NCBI GenBank assembly: GCA_963648205.1 | Contig: CAVJCT010000038.1 | Coordinates: forward strand, 434-64,433 | Length of the DNA: 64,000 nucleotides | Direction: 5' to 3' | From: Flexilinea sp. | GTDB taxonomy: Bacteria > Bacteroidota > Bacteroidia > Bacteroidales > Paludibacteraceae | Shown: in pieces, positions 45,958 through 55,025 of the stretch | Layout: every line of letters starts with the position of its first letter | Numbering within the stretch: the first letter of the stretch is position 1 | Notes under the pieces: model-generated | Databases searched by the model: none | Seen by the model: the letters and a program-made list of their open reading frames with translations, nothing else | What the model was told of the DNA's origin: nothing | Translations under genes and position numbers: made by a program

Positions 45958-46308
45958 TTATCGTTCTACAAAGATAAGTTTCGCCTTGCAATGATTCTTT
46001 CCTTCTGAGGTAACCGTTGCATTAACTGTCCATTGGACTTCTGACTCTGTCATCTTCAATGTCAGATTATATTCTACGGTTTCATCGGGGAATATAGGAC
46101 TAATAAACTTCATCATTGAAACATTGGAGATTCGCATACGCTTTCCCAAACTATCTTCCACCGCTTTGACAACGATATCAGCCAAGCAAGAACCTGGCAG
46201 AATGGGATAAGTTGGGAAATGGGCAGCAAAAAGGGGATGTTTCGGATCTAACACGAAAGAATAGGCATTCTCTGTTTTTCGAAGATGAAAGAATGAAGGT
46301 TTCGACAT
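45958..46308 (-). CDS. Hotdog-fold 3-hydroxyacyl-ACP dehydratase (ApeI-like)
   Basis: 116 aa with the FabA/FabZ-type active-site motif AHFPTYPILPGSCL. Confidence 0.7.
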   Translation of the reverse strand: MSKPSFFHLRKTENAYSFVLDPKHPLFAAHFPTYPILPGSCLADIVVKAVEDSLGKRMRISNVSMMKFISPIFPDETVEYNLTLKMTESEVQWTVNATVTSEGKNHCKAKLIFVER

Positions 46309-46318
46309 AGTCAGCGAT

Positions 46319-46672
46319 TTATTTAATCATAAAATAAGAGCCTGCCATTATAAAAAAAACGCCAATCCATCGGGAAAATGGAATGGTTTCATGCAGGATA
46401 AAGAAGCCTAACAGCATACCAAAAACGTAACTCAGGCTGGTGAGCGGATAGGCAATCGACAATGGGTAATGTTTCAGAATATACATCCACAAGAGCGTTG
46501 CCGACCCCATGGTGAGTCCGACTAAAGGCCACCACCAGTTGGTGAGTTGCTCACAAATCTGACTCCACGTCCACGAGAAATTTTCTGCTTTCTGCACCGC
46601 CTGTTTCAGGCACAACTGTCCCGACGAGAGCAAAAGCGACTGTAAAGCGGATAGCAAGAGAAGTTTTACCAT
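46319..46672 (-). CDS. Small 4-TM EamA/SMR-like (ArnE/ArnF-like) membrane protein
   Basis: 117 aa with four hydrophobic helices. The W-rich loop and C-terminal pattern resemble a single EamA domain. The start overlaps the upstream KS-like gene by 7 nt. Confidence 0.6.
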   Translation of the reverse strand: MVKLLLLSALQSLLLSSGQLCLKQAVQKAENFSWTWSQICEQLTNWWWPLVGLTMGSATLLWMYILKHYPLSIAYPLTSLSYVFGMLLGFFILHETIPFSRWIGVFFIMAGSYFMIK

Positions 46673-47724
46673 TCTTTGAGGAGCGTTAGTGAATATTCTG
46701 TCTTATTATATTGATTGACCACCAACAAGGCTCGTGGTGTCTCTATCGCTTGTTGATCTGAAGTGAGGAACGCTGGCACATATCTTCTATACAAACACTG
46801 CGCCGCCACATATATTCCCATTGCCGACATCGTAAACGAATCGCCAAATAGGTGCTTGTAAAGGATGATTTTCTCGTTGAAACCGAGCACTTTCAGAATT
46901 CTGTCATACTCCTCTCCATTCTCTTTGTCGCCATTTTTCCCGACCACAACGCCCCCGATATCGTCTCTTATTATTCCAGCCTCTTTTAGCAACAAATTCA
47001 TATCAGAGCGAAGATTATCGTCCGTAGGAAGATGTCTTATGCGAATGTCAACTACCTCGCAAACCGTATGCTCTGTTCTTCTATTTCGCAACAGCAGACT
47101 CACAGCGTTCTCTCCAGAAAACGTGCCTGTACTTCGATTTTGATTATAGTCTTCTATGGCTGGAATCGTCTGCTTCCATCGTCCTATCTGTCGATACATC
47201 TCGAAATAGGCATCGGTCATTTCGTCCACACCATTCACAAGGGCTGATTGGAAATTTCCACATTGCATCTGCATTATCGCATCCATCAAAGCAGAATCAA
47301 AGGAAATGCCACAATGCGAATAGGTCGTATTATAACTGTGGCATTTCAAAGCGATTGCCACCTGCGACCCCACCGTATTATGGGTGGAATGGATGAAATT
47401 AGTTGGCGAGAGGTTTTGCTCTTGATCGTCAATCATCGCATTCAAAAATTTCTCGGTGCTACTGATACAACCCAAACCTGTTCCCGTCAACACTGCATCT
47501 GGAACAAAATCTCCTGCCTCTTTCATACACGAAAGTGCCGATGAAATGGAACATTTTAAAAGCATTCCCATTCTTCGCGAGACATTCGGTACGATGAAAT
47601 TTTTGAAATCGGGAGCGACAAAACGGCTATGGAGCGAATCTGTCCACTGCGGATTCGTCATCCACTCGTCAGAGAGTGGTTGCTGATTGGAAATTTGCTT
47701 TGCACAGTCTATATAATAACCCAT
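46666..47724 (-). CDS. Beta-ketoacyl synthase-like protein (chain-length-factor / ApeC-like)
   Basis: 352 aa with a thiolase-fold-like pattern (GTGLGCISSTEKF, NTVGSQVAIALK). It lacks the HGTGT and GHxxxAAG motifs of active KAS enzymes. Confidence 0.65.
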   Translation of the reverse strand: MGYYIDCAKQISNQQPLSDEWMTNPQWTDSLHSRFVAPDFKNFIVPNVSRRMGMLLKCSISSALSCMKEAGDFVPDAVLTGTGLGCISSTEKFLNAMIDDQEQNLSPTNFIHSTHNTVGSQVAIALKCHSYNTTYSHCGISFDSALMDAIMQMQCGNFQSALVNGVDEMTDAYFEMYRQIGRWKQTIPAIEDYNQNRSTGTFSGENAVSLLLRNRRTEHTVCEVVDIRIRHLPTDDNLRSDMNLLLKEAGIIRDDIGGVVVGKNGDKENGEEYDRILKVLGFNEKIILYKHLFGDSFTMSAMGIYVAAQCLYRRYVPAFLTSDQQAIETPRALLVVNQYNKTEYSLTLLKEW

Positions 47725-47776
47725 AGCCTATTTTATCGTTTTATTGTCAAAACTTTTCTGTCTAAATCATTCAACC

Positions 47777-48970
47777 TTACCTATCAATGTATTTTGAGAA
47801 GATACACGTTGAGTCGTTGCCACCAAAGCCAAACGAGTTGGACATCACATGCATCAAATCAACTTTCCGACACACTTTCTCAGGACATAAGCCTGTCTCT
47901 TCAATCGGATTTTCGAACTCTGGATTGCCAGGAATAAAGCCATACTGAAGAGCGAGAATTGAGAAGACTGCCTCTAAACCACCTGCCGCACTCGTGGTGT
48001 GTCCGGTATATGATTTTGTGGATGAAAACGGAGGAATTTGATCACCAAAGATTTTCTTAATAGCGATACTTTCGTGCAAATCATTGTCTGCCGTTCCAGT
48101 TCCGTGAGCGTTGATATAACTGATATCCGAAGGGTATAATCCAGCAAGATTCAACGCTTTCTTCATAGCCAAACACTCGCCCACACTCTCAGGTGAAGTA
48201 GCAGTCTGGTGATAAGCATCGCATTGGTTAGCGTAGCCAGTCAACTCGCAAATAATCTCTGCGCCTCTCTCTTTTGCCACATCTTCTCGTTCAAGAACGA
48301 TGTACGCTGCGCCCTCGCCCAAGTTCAACCCTGCATTGTCTCTATCGAACGGACGGCATGGTTGATGCTCCAAAATCATTAACGAATTGAAACCATTCAA
48401 GTGAAATTTGCTGATGGATTCGGATCCACCGACAATGGCAGCCTTCACTCGTCTATTTTTGATGAGTTCTGCACCCAAGATAATTGAATTGGCAGCAGAA
48501 GAGCAAGCGGTTGATATGGTCGTTACGAAATCGAAATGTCCGAAAGCACGACTCGCATAGTCGGTTCCGTAGCCACAATCATGCGCCTTAATGTATTCTG
48601 TATGTTTACCTTCAAAGAAATCTCGGTAGTACTGCTCGCTCATTTCCATTCCGCCCACTGTCGTTCCACTGACGAAAGCAGTTCGAACAGCGTCCGTGAG
48701 TTTCGACCTTTGAATGGCTTCTTTTAAGGCGATGATTGCCAAGAGCGGATTGCGAGTAACCAACGCATTCGAAGAGACACCTGCTAATTTTCGCAGTTGC
48801 GCTTCGTCCATTTTGATCTCCCCACACGGGAGTTCCCGATGGCACGTGTCAAGATAGGCAATCTTATCGATTGCCTTCCGACCCTCTAAGAGTGCTTTTT
48901 TATTAGCCTCAACGCCGACGCCCAAAGAGGAGATGATTCCGTATCCTGTAACTACGATTCTTTCGAGCAT
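47777..48970 (-). CDS. Beta-ketoacyl-ACP synthase, KAS I/II type (ApeO/FabF-like)
   Basis: Active-site Cys in TISTACSSAANS. His motifs are NAHGTGT and GHTTSAAG. Ends with the C-terminal motif SNSFGFGGNDS. Confidence 0.88.
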   Translation of the reverse strand: MLERIVVTGYGIISSLGVGVEANKKALLEGRKAIDKIAYLDTCHRELPCGEIKMDEAQLRKLAGVSSNALVTRNPLLAIIALKEAIQRSKLTDAVRTAFVSGTTVGGMEMSEQYYRDFFEGKHTEYIKAHDCGYGTDYASRAFGHFDFVTTISTACSSAANSIILGAELIKNRRVKAAIVGGSESISKFHLNGFNSLMILEHQPCRPFDRDNAGLNLGEGAAYIVLEREDVAKERGAEIICELTGYANQCDAYHQTATSPESVGECLAMKKALNLAGLYPSDISYINAHGTGTADNDLHESIAIKKIFGDQIPPFSSTKSYTGHTTSAAGGLEAVFSILALQYGFIPGNPEFENPIEETGLCPEKVCRKVDLMHVMSNSFGFGGNDSTCIFSKYIDR

Positions 48971-48974
48971 TCTT

Positions 48975-49232
48975 TTATTTTGTTCTGTTCTTTGTGATGT
49001 ACTCTGCCATCACACGAATAGATTTGAAAATATCTTTTCCCTCTTGCGCATTTTTCAATTTGATGCCATAGTTTTTTTCTAACAAGACAATCAATTCCAA
49101 TGCGTCAATAGAGTCTAAGCCTAAACCTTCTCCAAACAAAGGTGCGTTTTCATCAATATCAGCAGGAGTCATCTCTTCCAAATTCAACACTTCGATGAGT
49201 TCCTTCTTTAATTCAAGTATAAGTTCGTCCAT
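48975..49232 (-). CDS. Acyl carrier protein
   Basis: Phosphopantetheine attachment motif LGLDSIDALEL. I take the ATG at 49230-49232, because the tracked start at 49265 is TTG. Confidence 0.88.
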   Translation of the reverse strand: MDELILELKKELIEVLNLEEMTPADIDENAPLFGEGLGLDSIDALELIVLLEKNYGIKLKNAQEGKDIFKSIRVMAEYITKNRTK

Positions 49233-49320
49233 TTCTATAGATTTTTTTGTTTTTCTGTTTTTCAATGCTATTTCTACAAAAATAAGAAAATTATTTGCTT
49301 ACAATCGTAGAGTTTGCGAT

Positions 49321-49944
49321 TCAATAGAATTTTTCAATATTTTCTTTCGTCCACAAGGCGATTCCCTCATTCTCCTCTTCTACTGAGACATGGAACAACA
49401 GGGTGTCGCAAACACCATCTAAATAGTTCACCCAACCAATCAAAAGATTGTTGATTTGCTTTTCGGACAACAAGCTGGTCAGACCAACCTGACACATCTC
49501 CTCCACATCAAACTTCGGGAGGATATACGAGCAACTCTCACCTTTCAGCTTATGGCGAATGGCGATTTCACCCGTAACGATGTTCGAGAGCGTATAGACG
49601 AAAACCGACGGACTGGGATAATAGTTGTCAGCGTCTTTTATTGTCTCTTGATAGGCTTTATCATTGTCCAACGACGAACAGTTGTTGAAGACGATAACCG
49701 ACCAATCAGGATGACCATCTTCTTCAACCTGCAAATCACTTGCTCGCACCGCAAACTCGGATGCCAAGAAGCCAGCCTTGCAAAGATTATCCATTTTGAA
49801 AAACTTCGGATATTGAATGCCTAAATGCCGGTAGATACTGGTCAGCCAGCCTTCGTTTCGTGTAATTTCAATCTTATTCTGATTAATCATCACACTGTCC
49901 GACGTGATTCTCACCGCAGTTTGTATATAAGGCGTTTTGCTCAT
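49321..49944 (-). CDS. Short 3-oxoacyl-ACP-synthase-like protein (KS N-terminal-like, about 200 aa)
   Basis: 207 aa. Contains MDNLCKAGFLASEFA and PSPSVFVYTLSNIVTGEIAIRHKLKGE segments, which resemble truncated KS-like proteins found in aryl-polyene-type clusters. Confidence 0.55.
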   Translation of the reverse strand: MSKTPYIQTAVRITSDSVMINQNKIEITRNEGWLTSIYRHLGIQYPKFFKMDNLCKAGFLASEFAVRASDLQVEEDGHPDWSVIVFNNCSSLDNDKAYQETIKDADNYYPSPSVFVYTLSNIVTGEIAIRHKLKGESCSYILPKFDVEEMCQVGLTSLLSEKQINNLLIGWVNYLDGVCDTLLFHVSVEEENEGIALWTKENIEKFY

Positions 49945-49959
49945 CTTTCCAACATTCTG

Positions 49960-50601
49960 TTATTTCTCGAACGCAATTTCTATGGTTTTATATCCTAATG
50001 CGGCAAACATACTGCGGAACTGATTCTCTGCATTTTCTTTTGCTGCTGTGATATTTTCCTCGGTCAAAGCGTCGATTTTCATCTTCTTCTTGGCATTCTG
50101 ATACATTCCCTCTTTCAATGTTGCCGACACTTTTCCTGACTCATAGAAAACCTTCGTTTTCGTATCGTCAATAATGTTTTTATCCAACAAACTGATTTTA
50201 GGGAGTTGTATTTCGGCAGTATCACCGTGGCAGTTGAGCCAACTTTTCTTGACATCTTTCATATCGATACCTAAGCGAGCCGTACCCGTGTAGATACGAG
50301 TTGACTGAGTGCTTGAGAAAGTTTTCTTCAATGTCGTGTCTACCACCTCTTCCAACTGCACCGTGAGGAACTCCCACTCTGCCACCTCTTGAATAGAGGT
50401 AATTGTGGTTGGAGTCTCTTGAATCTTCTCTTCTTTCACTTCCTCCTTGCCTCTACAATTATGCATGAAGAGATAGAGGACAAGACAAACAGCCAAGAGA
50501 ATCCAAAACAAAGGAGTCTTCATCATCTCAACCGTGAGTTTCGTAGACCCTTGCGAACTCTTTCGTGTCCTCGTCGTAGTATTATTTCTTTTTGTTGCCA
50601 T
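49960..50601 (-). CDS. DUF4230-like protein with N-terminal TM anchor
   Basis: Basic N-terminus followed by a TM (LFWILLAVCLVLYLF). DUF4230-like core: ARLGIDMKDV...AEIQLPKISLL...AAKENAENQFRSMFAALGYK. Confidence 0.6.
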   Translation of the reverse strand: MATKRNNTTTRTRKSSQGSTKLTVEMMKTPLFWILLAVCLVLYLFMHNCRGKEEVKEEKIQETPTTITSIQEVAEWEFLTVQLEEVVDTTLKKTFSSTQSTRIYTGTARLGIDMKDVKKSWLNCHGDTAEIQLPKISLLDKNIIDDTKTKVFYESGKVSATLKEGMYQNAKKKMKIDALTEENITAAKENAENQFRSMFAALGYKTIEIAFEK

Positions 50602-50627
50602 ATTTTTCAGTATTTTCCAAGTCTACA

Positions 50628-51305
50628 TTAATTCTTTTTCGGAAGAGAAATCAAACCATGAATAGTCTGCTCTGATTTCTTATTTTCTTCGATTTTATCG
50701 GGAAATTTCAATGTTATATTGGCAGCCTTATAACCTGCAGCCTCCAAGATGGGGAGCAACACATTATATGCTGAGACACGGCTCTTGTCGATGATATCAC
50801 TTTCAGCCATACTCTGCAAAATACTTGCTCGTCCCTGCTGAATAAACGACTCTTTCTCTTCATTAGTGAAATCAGATCGATTCCATGAAACGAATGCCTT
50901 CTCATTTTCGTAATCTATCTTCGAAGAGGTCATTTCGATATTAGGCTGTGGCAAGGTGATGGTTATCTTTTCTCCCTCAATTTTCACGTTTTCATCGGAG
51001 AAATTAGAGAAATCGATATAGGCTTTCACCACGGCATCGACTGGAATCAAGATCTTGCGATCACCAGGAATTGGAATGGAGAACTCCTCGTTGAACACAG
51101 AGCCTTTCAACGCATTGGCATCCTCGTAGGTCAAAATCTTATGCACGTTATACTGCGTGGTGTAGAGTTTTGAGCAACTCGAAATTTGCTGTGTCAGCGT
51201 TGGCTTTTCTTGCGTTGCTTCTTCCTCATTTGAGTTGTTACCACAACTTGCGAAAAGAGCGACAAGCGACAAAGATGTTAATATCGTGTTTCTTAATATT
51301 TTCAT
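50628..51305 (-). CDS. DUF4230-like lipoprotein
   Basis: Lipobox LVALFASCG. DUF4230-like core: VVKAYIDFSNF...KITITLPQPNIEM...SRVSAYNVLLPILEAAGYK. Paralogous in pattern to the adjacent gene. Confidence 0.6.
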   Translation of the reverse strand: MKILRNTILTSLSLVALFASCGNNSNEEEATQEKPTLTQQISSCSKLYTTQYNVHKILTYEDANALKGSVFNEEFSIPIPGDRKILIPVDAVVKAYIDFSNFSDENVKIEGEKITITLPQPNIEMTSSKIDYENEKAFVSWNRSDFTNEEKESFIQQGRASILQSMAESDIIDKSRVSAYNVLLPILEAAGYKAANITLKFPDKIEENKKSEQTIHGLISLPKKN

Positions 51306-51340
51306 ATAACTATCTTTTATTCAACACATTAATATTCATT

Positions 51341-52492
51341 TTATCCATAGATGATAGCAGCATTGCTACCTCCGAATCCAGAAATGATTTTCAAAAAGGC
51401 ATCTCCTTGAGTTGAATCCGTAAGGGCTTGTGCCACCGTGATTTCCTTGACCGTACCTGCTTCGTCAAATCCGTAGGTAGGCAAGATTTTTTTCTCTTGC
51501 AAGGCATAGCCCGAGAGAATGCACTCTAAAACGCCAGCCGCACCCAATGTATGTCCGAAATACCCCTTCAAACTGTTAGTTGGCACATTTTGAAAATCAC
51601 TTCGGAATATCGCCCACGACTCCATATCGTCGTTGTAGAGAGTGGCTGTTCCATGGGCGTTGATGAACGAAAGCTTTCTTCCTTCAACATTCTTATTTCT
51701 TAAAGCCGACTGAATGGAAAGGAACAAGCCCTCACCCGTTCGCGACGGACCAGAAATGTGGTTGGCGTCGTTTCGGTTGCCCGTTCCTAAGATCGACAGG
51801 CAACCTGCTATCGGTTCTAATGATTTCTCAAGAACAATCGTAGCAGCCGCCTCGCCTAAGTTCAATCCGCAACGATTTTTATCGAAAGGTTTGCAACGCT
51901 GTGGAGACAAAGCCTTAAACGACTGAAAGCCAGAGACTACAAATTTACTCAACATCTCCGCTCCCACAACCACTGCGTATTTATATTTATCGCTTCTCTT
52001 CAGTTTTTCATCAGCGTATATCTGCGCAGCCACTCCCGAAGTGCAAGCATTGCTCACCACCATCACCTGATTAGGATTTCCGAAAAACTGACCAATCAGC
52101 TGAGCAGAAACGCTCATATCAACCCTATTTTTGTCGAATCCATCGGGATTTTCCAGCAAATCAATATTACCTTTCGTCGTCGACAACACAAAGAAAAGAT
52201 CGGGACGGCTCGGGTCTATATTCAACTTCTCCAATGCGCAAAATGCCGATAAAATCGCTATTTTTTCAAAATAAGTGTAACGAATCTTCTTATCGGGCAA
52301 TGTCAAGAACAAAGAATCAATACGTTCCCGGTCCAACAGCGACCCAAAGAAAGGTTCAGGCAAGCCAAACGTGTGCTCGTGCAATTTCGCCATGCTCTCC
52401 CCTCGTTTCACCGCCTCGTAGACATCCTTCGAGGAATGTCCCAACGGAGAAACAATGTTATCACCAATTTTATATGAACGATATTCTGACAT
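51341..52492 (-). CDS. Beta-ketoacyl-ACP synthase (ApeR-like)
   Basis: Active-site Cys in VSNACTSGVAA. His motifs are NAHGTAT and GHTLGAAG. I take the ATG at 52490-52492, because the tracked 52498 start is TTG. Confidence 0.85.
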   Translation of the reverse strand: MSEYRSYKIGDNIVSPLGHSSKDVYEAVKRGESMAKLHEHTFGLPEPFFGSLLDRERIDSLFLTLPDKKIRYTYFEKIAILSAFCALEKLNIDPSRPDLFFVLSTTKGNIDLLENPDGFDKNRVDMSVSAQLIGQFFGNPNQVMVVSNACTSGVAAQIYADEKLKRSDKYKYAVVVGAEMLSKFVVSGFQSFKALSPQRCKPFDKNRCGLNLGEAAATIVLEKSLEPIAGCLSILGTGNRNDANHISGPSRTGEGLFLSIQSALRNKNVEGRKLSFINAHGTATLYNDDMESWAIFRSDFQNVPTNSLKGYFGHTLGAAGVLECILSGYALQEKKILPTYGFDEAGTVKEITVAQALTDSTQGDAFLKIISGFGGSNAAIIYG

Positions 52493-52498
52493 TTTCAA

Positions 52499-52957
52499 CT
52501 AATTTTCTTTATTGACATTTCCGATTGGCAAATCAGATAATACGACTTGCAACTCACCTTGAGCGATGATTTCATCACCAACTTTTGCCACAACATTATA
52601 CGAACTCATATTGTCAAACACGAACGTCTCCTCGGCTTCGGTCGTCAACTTCTCTCCGACTCTCACCCTTCGGCGAATCTCGCACTGTTTCACCGCGCCT
52701 ACCAAACCGATATTGATTTTATTGCTCTTCCGAATATGAATCTCTACGAATCCGATATGCGCTGCGCAAGTCTGAGCCAAGTTCTCCAACAATCCGCTCT
52801 CCAACAGTTCGCCGTCATCCACCGTTACAATTTCGTCCGTAACCGTGAGTTCAGTTGTGCATTTTTTCTCGCTTCCATCGCAGATTTTATCCACCAAGAT
52901 GAAAGGTCGCTGCTGAGGCAGATATCGGCTGATTGGGAGAATTTTTATCGATTCCAT
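52499..52957 (-). CDS. Hotdog-fold dehydratase-like protein (ApeP-like)
   Basis: The N-terminal sequence LPISRYLPQQRPFILVDKI resembles the FabZ LPHRYPFLLVD motif, on a hotdog-sized protein. I take the ATG at 52955-52957, because the tracked start is TTG. Confidence 0.6.
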   Translation of the reverse strand: MESIKILPISRYLPQQRPFILVDKICDGSEKKCTTELTVTDEIVTVDDGELLESGLLENLAQTCAAHIGFVEIHIRKSNKINIGLVGAVKQCEIRRRVRVGEKLTTEAEETFVFDNMSSYNVVAKVGDEIIAQGELQVVLSDLPIGNVNKEN

Positions 52958-52975
52958 CTGGATTTTCAATTTCCG

Positions 52976-54070
52976 TTATTTTTTAACCTTACAAGCAATC
53001 AGACTATGACCTTGACCTAAGCCGTCGTGAATCGTCTCAATCTCCAATCCTGCGTTTTCAATGCAACGGAACAAATCTTCGGAATAGAACATCTTGCTGT
53101 TTCCGTTTGCCATCACCGTGAAATAGATGCTAGTTTGAGCCAAACAGTAGGATGCTGTCTCGAATCGCTGACGATCCCAGAGAGTCTCCATAATATAAAG
53201 ACGAGCGTTTTCATCCATACTTTTAGAGGCTCTCGAAAGGATACTCTCCACTTGCACCTCACTGAAACAGTCTAAGAATTGACTCATCCAGATCAAGTCA
53301 AATCCCTTTGGAAAAGCAGTGTTAGGATCCAATAGATTACCAGGAATGCCATGGATTCTATCTTTTCCAGCGACATTCTTAACCGCCTCTTTCATCAATC
53401 CCAACTGCTGAGGAAGATCCATAATAGAAACCTCCACATCCTCTTTGAAATTGACACACTCCGTAGCAAATCGTCCTGTGTTTCCACCCACATCCAACAA
53501 AGTTTTTGCTCCATCCTTGAAAATGATATTCAAGGCTTGCTCGAATGAACAATCGGAATAGTAATGGTCGAAACCAAACCAACTTTTCTGCGCATCAGCA
53601 GGCAAACTTGACAAACCCTCATAGATGGTTGGCCAGTTGCCAAACACTTTCAATCCAGCAGGTTTGCCCTCCTTGATAGCCTCTTCCAAATGAAACAACC
53701 CCAAATAGTTGACATCATGATTGAAATCCAAGTCAACTCTCGTCATTTCATTGTTCAGTAAAAACCAACCTGTTTTAGAAATGAAGAATTTGTCCTCCTT
53801 CAAAAGGATGGTTCCAATCGTGAGGGAAGACTCTAACAGACATTGAATGCCGTAGTGAGACAAGCCAGATTTTTCTTCGATTTCATCGAAAGAAAGTCCG
53901 TTTTTGTTCTCGTCCAACATCTTCAATATTCCAAATTTCAGCATCAAGCGTGAAACCTGAAACACTACCGGTCCGAAAGCAATTTCCTCTGCTCTACGCT
54001 GTGCTTCGAGTGCAGAGAATCGTTCCTTCCCATACATCTCTTTTTGTGGAGAATTTAATTTTATCTTCAT
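52976..54070 (-). CDS. Class I SAM-dependent O-methyltransferase (ApeB-like)
   Basis: Motif I LLDVGGNTGRFA preceded by a dimerisation/wHTH-like N-terminal domain. 364 aa. Confidence 0.8.
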   Translation of the reverse strand: MKIKLNSPQKEMYGKERFSALEAQRRAEEIAFGPVVFQVSRLMLKFGILKMLDENKNGLSFDEIEEKSGLSHYGIQCLLESSLTIGTILLKEDKFFISKTGWFLLNNEMTRVDLDFNHDVNYLGLFHLEEAIKEGKPAGLKVFGNWPTIYEGLSSLPADAQKSWFGFDHYYSDCSFEQALNIIFKDGAKTLLDVGGNTGRFATECVNFKEDVEVSIMDLPQQLGLMKEAVKNVAGKDRIHGIPGNLLDPNTAFPKGFDLIWMSQFLDCFSEVQVESILSRASKSMDENARLYIMETLWDRQRFETASYCLAQTSIYFTVMANGNSKMFYSEDLFRCIENAGLEIETIHDGLGQGHSLIACKVKK

Positions 54071-54086
54071 ATTTCAATAACGGTTT

Positions 54087-55025
54087 TTACTCGTTTTTAT
54101 CAGCATTTTCATTCCAGAAAGGGAAGAAATTGAACCACTGTGTCGGGTATTTCTTCACCACCTCCTGCAACACATTCACATAATCGTGCGTCATTGCCTC
54201 CGCTTTCTTAGTCGAATTAGGCAATTCCGAATGAGTATCAATCGGTTGCTCGTGGATTTTGTAGGTTGTTCCGTGTTCTTTCATAATAAAAAGAGACACC
54301 ACAGGAACATCCAACTGTGCAGCCAATCGGAATGTGCCAATCGGAAAATTAGCGGTTCCATCCAAGAAATCACAAGTAACACTCTTCGGACTGCCGAAAA
54401 GTCGATCGCTCGGAATCACCACGATTTCGCCCTTTTCAATCACCTCTTTAATAGTGAAAAGATGAGACATATCTGGCATCACAGGAATCAAGTTGATGTT
54501 CGATGACCCGAAAGCATCGTCTCTACGTTTCTGGAAAGCAGCACGTTCCGACATTGAGATAATCGCATTGATTCGCTTTTTCTGAACTGGATAACACAAA
54601 CCCGAAAGTTCCAAATTGCCAACATGCGCCCCCACGATAAAGAATCCCTTCTCTTGATTCATCATCGGTGGAATATAATTGCTTTCACCGACAATTTTGA
54701 ATTGTTTTCTGTTTCCTGCCAACAAAGCAAATTTATCTAACACCACCTGTCCGAACAGAATATGGTTTCTGAAAGTCGCCCATGCCGCTTTCATCGGAGA
54801 ATAATGATGTCTTTCTCTGAAATATTGGTAAATAGCCTGACGACCTTTTTTACCAAACAAGAGATAAAACGGAATCGTCAAGTAGAGAATCGGGTACAAA
54901 ACACGAACATTAGCGAAGCCCAAGAACCAAAGCAAAAAACTTTGGCCAAACGCTCCACCGCCCGTCTTGCCGTCCCATTTCGGGCTATCCGAGCCATTCA
55001 CTTTATTTTGTTGAGTCTCTTCCAT
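54087..55025 (-). CDS. LpxL/HtrB-type lysophospholipid acyltransferase (ApeD-like)
   Basis: 312 aa with an N-terminal hydrophobic anchor (FLLWFLGFANVRVLYPILYLTIPFYLLF). Overall resemblance to lipid A late acyltransferase family members. Confidence 0.6.
   Translation of the reverse strand: MEETQQNKVNGSDSPKWDGKTGGGAFGQSFLLWFLGFANVRVLYPILYLTIPFYLLFGKKGRQAIYQYFRERHHYSPMKAAWATFRNHILFGQVVLDKFALLAGNRKQFKIVGESNYIPPMMNQEKGFFIVGAHVGNLELSGLCYPVQKKRINAIISMSERAAFQKRRDDAFGSSNINLIPVMPDMSHLFTIKEVIEKGEIVVIPSDRLFGSPKSVTCDFLDGTANFPIGTFRLAAQLDVPVVSLFIMKEHGTTYKIHEQPIDTHSELPNSTKKAEAMTHDYVNVLQEVVKKYPTQWFNFFPFWNENADKNE

Noticed and set aside
45944-45991. TTG- or GTG-extended starts given by the ORF track for several genes: GT2 45991, ACP 49265, KS 52498, dehydratase 52969, rsgA 36012, lpxK 13148, MFS 27328 and T9SS protein 59269.
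   Set aside because: In each case an in-frame ATG a few codons downstream removes an overlap with the neighbouring gene or gives a canonical N-terminus. The extended starts remain possible but less likely.
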